A DNA stretch of 64,000 nt, from positions 1,736,001 to 1,800,000 of the forward strand of contig BQFW01000003.1 of NCBI GenBank assembly GCA_020891255.1, given 5' to 3'. This document shows positions 19,701-32,630 of the stretch, in pieces. This DNA is from Entomortierella parvispora E1425 (Eukaryota > Fungi > Mortierellomycota). The position numbers were made by a program, and so were the translations under genes. How positions within the stretch are numbered: position 1 is the stretch's first letter; each line of letters opens with the position of its first letter. The notes beneath the pieces were generated by a model that was given only the letters and a program-made list of their open reading frames with translations, was not told the DNA's origin and did no database searches.

Positions 19701-20266
19701 TTATTGAGGGCTGCATCAAGGCCTTCTCTCAGCGCAAGTCCCTGGCAATCCATATCAAGAATGCCCACAAAGAGTTCAAGTTCAAGCCCTTCAAGTGCCA
19801 TCAGTTCGGTTGTGACAAGGCCTATACCCAATTGCACAACTTGAGAACGCATGAGAAGACTGTGCATCTCTTGGATCTCTCCCGCAAGAGGGTCAAGAAC
19901 CCCAACGGCGCCGATGATGACGACAGTCTCGTCTTTGGTCAGCAACAACAGCAGCACCACAACGGCCACTATGGACAGCAACAGCAACAGCAGCACCACC
20001 ATTACCAACAGCAGCCTCAGCATCACCAGCATTCTCGACAGCACTCGGATATGGGTCTGTCTTATGGTGATATGAACGGCTTATCGGATCTGGTGACGGA
20101 CAGGGATTCGATGCATCATCACTCCTCCAGCTATCCCTCGCACCATCACCAGCAGCAACAGCAGCAGCATCACCACCAACAGCAGCAACAGCATCACACC
20201 CAGGCCTACTCAAGGTTGCCCCACCTTGGCGCCATGTCGTCGATGATGATGCATGACCGATCTTAG
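16777..20266 (+). CDS. C2H2 zinc-finger transcription factor with three fingers (Azf1-like recognition helices) and His/Gln/Ser-rich disordered regions
   Basis: Exons 16777-17759, 17842-17948, 18205-18311 and 18936-20266 join in phase. Fingers: FECSIPGCTKAYTQLHNLKSHERTGH, FRCIIEGCIKAFSQRKSLAIHIKNAH, FKCHQFGCDKAYTQLHNLRTHEKTVH. Confidence 0.92.
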
Positions 20267-20667
20267 ATTTAGAAGAGAAAAAAAAAGTGGTTACCGCCCA
20301 GTAGGGACACCCTTTTTTGCTTTGTATCATTTGCTTATATCCCCAAACCCCTCCTCATCATTCCTTCAACCTTTCCCATCATATTGCATTTTCCCTTTCT
20401 TTGTATTCATTTCTTATTTTCTGTACCATAGTCATTTCCTTTACCACAATAACAAAAAGTTTTCAATTGCCCTCCCAAAAACACGACTTCACAGGTTTAT
20501 GAGTGAACGCTTCCTGTGTGGACCCACAATAATGTCGGGCGTGCTGACCCACTGGATACCCTTCCAGTTGTTGTTGAGCGCGCTCAAAGATAATTCCTTG
20601 TTGGACCAAACGTACCCAAAAACTAAAGGGATTTCAAATCATCCTTGACGCGTCGTTGTGCGGCCAC

Positions 20668-20698
<31 letters not shown>

Positions 20699-21104
20699 TA
20701 AAGGAGATCGAGGCATTGACCAGACACAGGGAATTTGGAATCTATCCCCTGGGTGAAAGCACGCACGCACGCTCCATTGTCATTCCTCCCTCCATCAAGG
20801 GAGACGCGTCGTGAAGGGTTTTTCTGTCTCTTTTCTCTTCTTTCCATCGACTCTCCTCTTCCCTTTCTCCCTTTCCCTCTCTCTCTTCCCTCTCTCTTTT
20901 TTTCTGTTTCCCTTTTGCATCCCTACGTACTTCTCCTCCTTCAGATCTGTGTATAGAGAGCAAAAAGAGACGTTTTCATACCTCTCTGTTCTGTAAAACC
21001 TTGCAGTCGTAGTCGCACACCTGGCAATATCCCCCTTCCCTCACCCACCTTCCCCTCTTCGATTACCCCCCCCCCCCCTTCCAACTCTCGTATCCTCTCG
21101 CACG

Positions 21105-22913
21105 ATGCGTTTTATCACGCTCTTGGGCGCTTGTGCCCTCGTCCTCGCAGTCCATGGGCAAGAAGCTCCCGCGGCCGCAGCCCCCGAGCCTGCCCCCCTC
21201 GCCGCTGGACTGGACGATAGCATGATTTCCACCGAGGGCATGAAAAAAGTCGACCTCTCGGACGCCTACCCCTCCCTGAAGGAATTGGAATCACGCGTCC
21301 AAATCTTTAATGCCTATGTCGCCAAAACGGCCAACAGTGACAAGGCACCCTCAGCAGCAAAGGCACCCTCAGTGGCCAAAGAGCCCAAGAAGGCCAAGGA
21401 GCCCAAGGAGTCCACGCCCACAAAGACATCAGAAGAGTCGTCAGAGAAGAAGGAAAAGGCAAAGGCAGAGAAGAAGGAAAAGGCGAAAGCGAAGAAGGCG
21501 GCCAAGAAGGAGGCCAAGAAGGAGGCCAAGAAGGAGACCAAGAAGAAGGCACAGGAGAAAAAGAAGGAATTCAAGGCTTCGACCGTCAAGACAAAGAAGA
21601 AGGCATCCAAGGGTATCAAGCAGACCCACAAGAAGATCAAGGCTCAAAGCAACAAGAAGAAGAATGCAAAGAAGATTTCAAAGCAGGATCATCCAAAGGT
21701 TGACCTCAAGGATCATAGCCATCATGTCAAAGACCTCAAGGATCATAGCCATCATGTCAAAGATCTCAAGGACCATAGCCATCATGTCAAAGATCTCAAG
21801 GACCATAGCCATCATGTCAAAGATCTCAAGGACCATAGCCATCATGTCAAAGATCTCAAGGACCATAGCCATCATGTCAAAGATCTCAAGGACCATAGCC
21901 ATCATCTCATAGATCTCAAGGATCATAGCCATCACAACGAGGTCGATCACAGTCATCACGAGTTTGTCGCCGCTGGAGAGTTGAAGAACCCTAACGAAAA
22001 GCAGGGTCAGAAGCAGGCCAACAAGGACTTCGACTTTGAGGCCCAGAACAATGGCAAGAAGAAGCATTGTCACCACGACAAAGATGGTGGCTGTGTTGTC
22101 TACACTACCGTCACCATGGTTCCAACCTGCCCCCCGGAACCCACCGTCTGCCCCCCTGTCACGAACCCCGCCACGATCCCAGTTACGAATGACGTAACTG
22201 ATCCAACAAAGAAGGCCGAAACAAACCCCGATTCAGTGGCCTACGAGGGTGGAGCACCCAGCTTCTTGGACGATGTGCCGGACGAGAATGATGATGACGA
22301 TGATGATGACGATGATGATGACGATGATTATGAGGACTACGACGATGATGAGGACTATGATGAAGACTATGATGATGATGAGGACTATGATGATGATGAG
22401 GACTATGATGATGACGATGATTATGAGGACTACGATGATGTCTCGGATGGAGAGTGGCCCGAGGAAGGTCGTGTCGGTGACGATGGCCCCGCGACTGTTT
22501 CACCCCTAGTTCCGGCAGGCGTTAAGCCTGTAGCAGCAGGAGGTGCGCACGAAACAACAGAGGATGATAAGCCAGTGGAGCCTCTTGCTGACAATGAGGA
22601 CGAGGATGAGGACTATGACGAGGACTATGACGAGGATGAAGATGAGGATGACGAATATGATGATGATGAGGGTGTTGATGATGACGAGGATCCTTTCGGC
22701 TCTGAGCCAGCCTCAGAGGCTGTTACTGGAAGCAAGGGAGCGCACCATCATCACAAAAAGGTCAACCACAGCCACCACCAGAACCAACAGGCTGACTATA
22801 GTCACTATCAACAGGCCGACCAAAGCGACCAGAAGAAGGTCGATCACAGCCACCTCCAAAAGCAGCAGAAGCAAGACAAGGAGCAACAGAAGCAAGACAA
22901 GACGCAGCAGTAA
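21105..22913 (+). CDS. Secreted low-complexity repeat protein (Lys-rich, His-rich decapeptide repeats, Asp/Glu/Tyr-rich tracts), 602 aa
   Basis: Single open ORF with a classic signal peptide (MRFITLLGACALVLAVHG|QEA), a K/E/A-rich block, 8 x (K)DLKDHSHH(V), a 4-Cys Pro/Thr segment and two acidic D/E/Y tracts. No C-terminal hydrophobic anchor. Confidence 0.85.
   Translation: MRFITLLGACALVLAVHGQEAPAAAAPEPAPLAAGLDDSMISTEGMKKVDLSDAYPSLKELESRVQIFNAYVAKTANSDKAPSAAKAPSVAKEPKKAKEPKESTPTKTSEESSEKKEKAKAEKKEKAKAKKAAKKEAKKEAKKETKKKAQEKKKEFKASTVKTKKKASKGIKQTHKKIKAQSNKKKNAKKISKQDHPKVDLKDHSHHVKDLKDHSHHVKDLKDHSHHVKDLKDHSHHVKDLKDHSHHVKDLKDHSHHVKDLKDHSHHLIDLKDHSHHNEVDHSHHEFVAAGELKNPNEKQGQKQANKDFDFEAQNNGKKKHCHHDKDGGCVVYTTVTMVPTCPPEPTVCPPVTNPATIPVTNDVTDPTKKAETNPDSVAYEGGAPSFLDDVPDENDDDDDDDDDDDDDYEDYDDDEDYDEDYDDDEDYDDDEDYDDDDDYEDYDDVSDGEWPEEGRVGDDGPATVSPLVPAGVKPVAAGGAHETTEDDKPVEPLADNEDEDEDYDEDYDEDEDEDDEYDDDEGVDDDEDPFGSEPASEAVTGSKGAHHHHKKVNHSHHQNQQADYSHYQQADQSDQKKVDHSHLQKQQKQDKEQQKQDKTQQ
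21702..21960 (+). repeat. Coding 30-bp minisatellite, 8 copies plus a degenerate partial copy (KDLKDHSHHV)
   Basis: Unit AAAGATCTCAAGGACCATAGCCATCATGTC repeated almost perfectly across 21721-21900. Confidence 0.95.
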
Positions 22914-23300
22914 TAAGGATGCATGGCCCTTGCAACAAACACAACAACCAAAAAAGAAAAAGAAAAAGAAAAAAAAAGAGATCTGTGCCTGTCGATTCTA
23001 GCAAACAATACCTCTCCTGGTCGGCCACCTGTTCTCTATCGATGAAGAGAGGGACGGCCTAGGAATATACCCCCCGGCATTGCAATAAAGTAAAGTAAAG
23101 AAAAAGGAACAAAAAAAGTCGCGTCCCTGCCGACGCGTCGTCGTCTCGATGAATGAGCGAATGTTCCCCCCTGTCTTTTCTGTGTGCCGCCCTGTTCGTG
23201 TCCGTGCCTTGACCCCTCTCTTTTTTTCTTTTTCTTTTTTCTCTTTTCTTTTTTCTTGACCTCCTTTCCCCTCTTCCATCCCTATCCTCATCACTTTCTC

Positions 23301-26300
23301 ATGTTCTCAAAGAGAGCCTCACCCAAGAAGAAGAAGACCGACGACGATGACGACGGCGATGGTGAGCAGTCTCCTACTGTCATCACCGTCTCCATCCCGC
23401 AGGACGCCATTGACCATAACCCCACCCGTGCCAATGCCAGCACTAGCAATGGCCACGTCAACGGGCAAGGATCCTCAGCCAGTAGCCGTCGCAGCAGCTT
23501 TGCTGTTGAGGCATCGACACGCAATACGGCGCATTCAAAGTACCCAGCTAGTCACAACAACAATGTCCAGGCCCATCAGCCATGGAAACCTTGGAATCCA
23601 GATGGTAACCTTTCGGGGACAAGCGCTGGCAGTATTGATCGTCGTCGTAGGAGCGGGTCTGTCCATTCCCCAACCTCTCCCCAGCTCTCGACATTGTCCT
23701 CTTTGTCCTCGTCGTCTCCTCCGGCGACCACCACCTCCTCATCCGCCGTGGCTGCTATAATGTCCAGCAACAAGAGTCCAACTATACCCTCGCCCTCGAC
23801 CCCTGGATTCGTTAGTTCGTTGCAAACCAATAGTTTGATGTTGAACCTGACGGGTCTCTTTTCTGGATCCACCACCCCTTCCTCCGGACCGACGACGGCC
23901 GTCAATGGTGGGCCCTCTACGGGAGAAACTGCAACCCAGCAGCAACCTGTCGAGGCTCGCCTTTGGAATGCAGATCAGCCCCAGTTAATGTCACCACCAC
24001 TTCTCTCTCCTGCAGGGCCGCGATATATTCCCGCCGTGGCTGGGTCAAGTCGTTTCGGAGCTGCCACTGCAGCATCTCCTCCATCGGCCGCAAGTGCATC
24101 AAGTACAAGGGCAGGTCCTGTTTCTCCTCCTGTGACGCCGAACGGTCGTGGTGGATCGCGGCAATGGAACAGCTTTGGTCAACAGAGGCAGCAACAGCAG
24201 AATGATTTATACCAACCTTCCCAATCATTATCTACAGCATCCGCAAAGCTCACCAACGGTTCTTTGTCCCCCATCCAGCACAGATCAGCAACGACCGCAA
24301 CTGTGGAAAAGATACCAGAGTCAACTATTTCAGGATCATCATCATTTTCTTCTGTAACAACAGCCACTCGGATGACAAGGCAGAAGAAAGGACCAGAACA
24401 AGAAATGAGCGAATCTGTTGGCATCCCGCAAGGGCCCGGATACAGCCATTCTCCACAAAGCAAACGTTGGGATGACTATCGAGGATCGGACCATGAGGAC
24501 AACGATGAAAACGCATTTGAGAGTAGACTCCACAGCCACAATACCATGGATCATCGTTCCAAGGAGGAGCAGGATCGTCGGTTCAGTCGCCCCCGATCTA
24601 AACGGGGCCCCCACCAAGGCCACGATGGAAGCTGGCTTAGTCGACTGGAGGACTATTTCGAAACAAAGACGGGAAGGTTGCCACCACTTTTGTTACGGGA
24701 TCCAAAGCGAGTCTTGCGAGCAAGACTATTCTGTCTACGACAGAATCGGCGGTTGCATCCTGCATTCCGTTTGGTACTAATTGTCTTCCTGGCTGGTTCA
24801 GTCTGCTTCACGACTTGGCATTTGATGTTTGCAGAGGGAGACCGACAGAGTCGCACCAGAGTTACGATAAACAAAGGATTGGGCAATGTCAAAGAGCAAG
24901 GGCATCGTGTCAAGGAACTCTTGTCGAAAGGGAAGACAGGCACCGGATCAGACGTTGGAGGAAATGGAGAACAGGAAGGAGACTCGCTATTAAGCATAAA
25001 AAAGAAAGTGATCTCTGCTTTCGATGTCGAGGCCTTGAACTACAGCTCTCATCAATGGAACCTGCAAACACAGGACATCGAAAACAGTAAGTGGGTTATA
25101 TCCATAATATAGAGGCGTGGCTTGACCTCTAGCTAATTTACTATTTTCATCTTATTAATACCGTATTCTTTTAGCAAAAGCCGTAGTACGAATAGGAGAG
25201 GACTACATGCTGTCCAAGGCCTACAGTGGCGCGATGCAACCGACTCGAGTGATTCCATTTTATTTTCGAGCATCGTTCGAAGATGAGAATGATGACGATG
25301 ATTTTCATGCTGAGGATTTTAGAGATCACGGCGACCATGACGATTTTCGACCGCCACAGCCAGTACCCCCCGGTCAGGACTCTTCTTTTACTCCACCACC
25401 CAAAACAAAGGTCGATCAATCCTTGGTGACGATTACGACACTGATCACCCCAGATCGCTACGGTGTCTTTTTGAAGTTAGTGAGGCAATATCGAGGACCA
25501 ATTTCGGTGGCAACTCATATCCAACGAGGGGACGAACAGGACCGTCAGTTCACCGAGTTGAACAAATTCTTTGAGGATCATGCAATCCTGCGCAAATATG
25601 TGGACCTTCATGTGATTGTAGATGGCGTTGATTTCCAGCTGAACATGTGGAGGAATGTCGCCAGAATGTTTGCACGAACGGATTATTTCATGATGCTGGA
25701 TGGTAAGTAACATTTTGCCTTTATGGGGTTGATGCCAGTACATGGAAGAGGAATGAAACTCTAGCTAATCCATCGTCCAATTCTCTTGTCTTATTAGTGG
25801 ATTTTCATATTCCCTCAGGGCTCAAAAACAGGCTCCATCATGACCCTCACATTCAACAACTGCTCTCTTCAGGAGCTGCCCTGGTTGTGCCAGCATTTGA
25901 ATATAAGGAAGCCAACGATCCCAAGGACTCAAAATTTTTCCCAGATAATAAGCTGGCGTTGATGCCGTTACTGGAAAAGGGCCATATACATGTGTTTCAC
26001 GATTTTTTCCCACCAGGCCATGCTGCGACCGACACACCTCGTTGGATCAAGATGAGTGAAGCCAGGTATAAGGAGCAACAAAGACTGGAAGCCATGGGTG
26101 GGGCAAAGGACTCAGGATCAGAGCGTGTGAAAGGAAAAGGCGGCTATGGCGACGAGCAGATCGAGGCTGCAGCAATCGAAATCCTACCTGCGGCTGGAGA
26201 CGATAAGGACCGATCTATCTTTATTGAGCATGAGCTCCAGGCCAAACTCAAGGCAGACAAGGAGCGCGAAGCGGCTGAAGAAGTTGCCCGAGAGAAGGAA

Positions 26301-27596
26301 CGACAAGAGTACTTGGAATTAGAGGCAGAGGGCGAGCGACCTTACAAGGTCACGAACTTTGTGCCAAAATACGAGCCTTATATTATTCTGAAGCGGGAGG
26401 GCACACCTTGGTGCGATGAGAGGTTTGTGGGCTATGGTGGAAATAAGGCAGTGAGTATAGATGCTCTATTATTTTACGAATCTTGCACTTTGCTAATGAG
26501 GTCGATGATCGACCTACAGAAACTAAGATGATGCAACTTTTGTATGTGTTAGGCCTGCCTCTTTGAGATTTACATCTCTGGTGTTGACTTTTGGGTCTTG
26601 CCTCAGGATTTCTTGATCCATCAATACCACGACTACCCAACAACGAATCGTAAGAACGGCCGTATCCTTAACAAACAGCTCTTTATCTCATTTCAGCAAG
26701 AGATTTGTTTTGCGACCCTTCGGAGGATGATCAAGACTGGAGAGTGGTACACAGACAAAGCCCAGAACCTACGGCATCAATGTGGTGCATTCGAAGGGTT
26801 CCTGAGATCCGCAGATCAAATGGCGAACGATTTCGAAAGGGATCACCCAAACAGTCTTTTAGAAGATCCAGTGTTTGTTCTGGAGGATAAGGAGGGTGAG
26901 CATAGTGAGATTCGTCCAAAGGAAGAGCAGCATGCAATGAGAGATCAACATGCAGTCGATGATCAAGACGTCCAAGATCCGGTCCTGAGTCAGAGGCCCA
27001 AAGGCAAGACGTGGGGAGGGATCAAGATCAGGACGTTTTATGTTCCTCCTCCGCCAGAGGAAGGCGCAGAGCTACCAGGGATGGAAGCGGTTGCCGCAAA
27101 TGAGACAGCTGTTGATGCACCTATTGAAGGAGGATTGGACACAAATAGTGCTCCCCAAGGAGGTGAAGTTGGTCAAGAGCAGCCCAAGGACGCTACTGAT
27201 GGGTTCATGAATCCATACCATCCACAGAGCAACGGTGGTGATCTGACTGGAGAGCGTTTGGAGCAATTCCGACAAGGTGTGATCCTCCAGCCCATCGGTA
27301 GTCAGAGTGAAGGAGAAGGGCGGCATGGAGAGGGCACGACGATACCGGGGAATGTGGTATTACCCAATGACGATTCGGGCTCTGGTGATAAGGGTCAAAG
27401 CAGCGGTGGAGAAGACAGTCCATCTTTGCCATCGTTTGGGCGAAAAGTATTCGAGGGAGTGGGCTCTCGCTCTCCTTCCTCCACCTCTGCAGATAAAGAT
27501 GGAAATGGAGATGGAGGTGAAGGAGAGGTGGACAGATCATTTGAGGAGGCGGCCGTCCGTCTGGAAGAGCGAGTGCTACAGCTTGGAATTGCGTAG
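23301..27596 (+). CDS. Glycosyltransferase family 49 (LARGE/B4GAT1-like), type II membrane protein with a long disordered N-terminus
   Basis: Exons 23301-25087, about 25175-25703, 25798-26449 and 26553-27596. TM helix LVLIVFLAGSVCFTTWHLMF. GT49 motifs GPISVATH, QLNMWRNVARMFARTDYFMMLDVDF (DxD), GAALVVPAFE, YEPYIILKREGTPWCDERFVGYGGNKA|ACLFEIYISGVDFWVLPQDFLIHQYH. Confidence 0.9.
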
Positions 27597-28787
27597 GAGA
27601 ACACGAAAAAAAGTTCGGATGAGGATGTCCGTAGAAAAAGAAATCTCCGTTGTTTCCTATGGTAGCAATAATAATTATCCGTCATTGAGTTTACCCCTAT
27701 CTGACTGCGTGTGTGTCTCAATTAGAGTGAGAGGAAACATGGACAGGGTACACGACCGGTACCTGACCAGGCTGTATATTGCAATTAGAGCCCCAGTCAG
27801 TTCAGTTACAGTGTTGCAATGGCCATGGTAGGGGAGAGGATACGTACTTGCCCTTCCCAGTCCATCCAATCTCTTTTCCCCGCAACCCCTGGCCTTTGAT
27901 TAATTGCCACTTCTGACACACAAGGAAAGACAGACAGACAGTCAGACAGTCAGACAGACACAACAAACACTAAACTCATAGCGGCAATCATTTGTGAGGA
28001 AAAGAGAGATAGAGATAGAGAGATAGAGAGAGAGAGGGAGAGAGGCAGAGAGGAGCAGAAGCACGTTGCTGGTTCCTTGCTTGCCTTGCTTGCTAATAAA
28101 GTACATTAGACAGGCTATATCCCGGCCATATAGATATATACACCGGGTGTTGGTATCGAAACAAACGGACATGATGCAGGGATTGAGATTCAGGGGAAGG
28201 GGGAAGGAGAGATACACGAAGTGAAGACAGGACAGGACAGAGAGTGTCCACAGGGGCGATGATTGCTCCGTTTGCAATCGAGTCTCCATCCCGTCCCTCA
28301 TGTCTTTGTCAGTCTTGATGGCAACGACAAGGGAAGGAAGGGACCTTTGTTTGTCCAGCCTAGTCGCAGAGCAGGCGGGTAATTTCCGGTTGGAGGTCGG
28401 GCGCACAAAATGAAATTTATTTTTGATGCGGAATTGAACGCTCACTTTTTTCACACTTCTGTTCTTTTCTTTCTTTCTCCACCTTTGTTCCTCTTCTGTT
28501 TCCTGTGCCTGACCTTTTATTCTCCTTCTCTTTCGCCTTGTCCTTCTTCTTTTTCTTCTTCACTTCACATTCACTCCCCTAGAGACCCTCCTCTCTGGTC
28601 CTTCTTCGCTGCCCCGTCTCTCTCCGTTCTATCTCCCTTGTCATTCTCACTCCCCTGTGAAAAGAACCTGAAGAACAACAACCCGTCTTTCATTCCATTC
28701 CACTCTATCCTTTCAACCCCCCCATTCGTTCATTCATTCAAACAGCCAAATCCAATCAACCAACCCAACTAAAGACAGGCACAGCAA

Positions 28788-31526
<2,739 letters not shown>

Positions 31527-31964
31527 AAGACTGGATGCTTCTTTTCGTCTCGAGATCTTTATTACCCAGGAACGATATCCGATTATGCGGTTCCGACCTC
31601 GCACCGGTCAGGGAGGGGACGGATCGCACCACTTTGCTTATCATTTCATATATTATACAACTCTGCATTTTTCAGTCGACTTGCAAAAACACCACCAGGG
31701 ACAACCCAAAGGAAAAAAAAAAGAACATCTTTTGTTATATCATGGAGCATTTTTCTTTTGTAAATATTTTAGCTATGCCCACATCAACGAAATAAACAAA
31801 GAAAACATCATTGCAAAAAAAAAAAAAAAAAAAACTCCTCCTTCATTTCCCTCATTTATGTAGTACATTTCCGTAGTCTCCAATTTCGGATTTTTATTCC
31901 TTCTTGATCAGAGGCAGGGTCCCGGATTCTAGGTTGCGGGCCAATTTGGTTCGAAGACGGATGC

Positions 31965-32165
31965 ATGTTTTTCAGGCGCGGCGAGGCGGCGGTGCCTGGG
32001 CCGCCCTGGCCTGCTGGAAGCCCCTCGCCATGGTCGGCCTTGGGTTCTGAGGCGTCGACCGTTCCACGGCTGCCAATCCAATCTGAGCCAAGGCGCCCAC
32101 GGTGGTGTTGCGTGCTGCCACGCTGACGACTTTGCTCTGACTGAGACGGTTTTGACTGCTGGACA
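31965..32165. ncRNA. Candidate structured RNA or GC-rich island between the convergent 3' ends of noxB and GPI7
   Basis: Locally very GC-rich with several nested stems (31980-31986/32023-32029, 31988-31992/32001-32005, 32037-32043/32088-32094, 32110-32114/32119-32123). No family motif recognised. Confidence 0.25.
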
Positions 32166-32630
32166 TGTCTGGACCATGCATGAAAAAAAACAGGCCGTGA
32201 GTTACGGCAAAAAAAAAAAAAAAAAATAGAGTTTTGAACGTACAGTACTTGGATCATGAACTTTACCTTTGTGAAGATAACGAGAACCCGTTTTAATAGG
32301 AAGGTCAAAAGGAGAAGAAGAAGCAGAAGAATGGACGTGGGGAGAGTAGAGAGCAAACAAGAGGAGGGTCCGTTTTTTTAACAGTGGCTAAGAAAATCAT
32401 GAGGCCCATGGCAAAGTAAGAGCGTGCAATGCCGGGCGGAGTAAGACGACATCAACGGCGTCACAAAAATGGGCTAAGTGAAATGACCCTCCTCCCAACA
32501 CCGCCGCACAGTCCGGTTTGGAGGGGCGAAGCAAAATGGATTCTCCAAAGTAGAAAAAGTAGAGGAGAATAAAAAATGCCATTTACGATTCTAAATCCGT
32601 CTATTTTGAAAGGAGGACGGGGGGTTCTTT

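Noticed and set aside
19433-20044. 203-aa minus-strand ORF and similar ORFs opposite the TF, the repeat protein, GT49 and noxB
   Set aside because: Antisense shadows of codon-biased or repetitive real CDSs.
21702-21960. Repeat array as a CRISPR array or a Kex2-processed RiPP/KEP precursor
   Set aside because: The repeats are contiguous with no spacers and stay in frame within a CDS. Units are separated by single Lys, not KR/RR/KK dibasic sites, so KEP processing is poorly supported.
31929-32181. Small proteins encoded in the GC-rich island
   Set aside because: Short ORFs are expected in GC-rich DNA and there is no domain similarity. Kept only as an alternative explanation for the ncRNA candidate.
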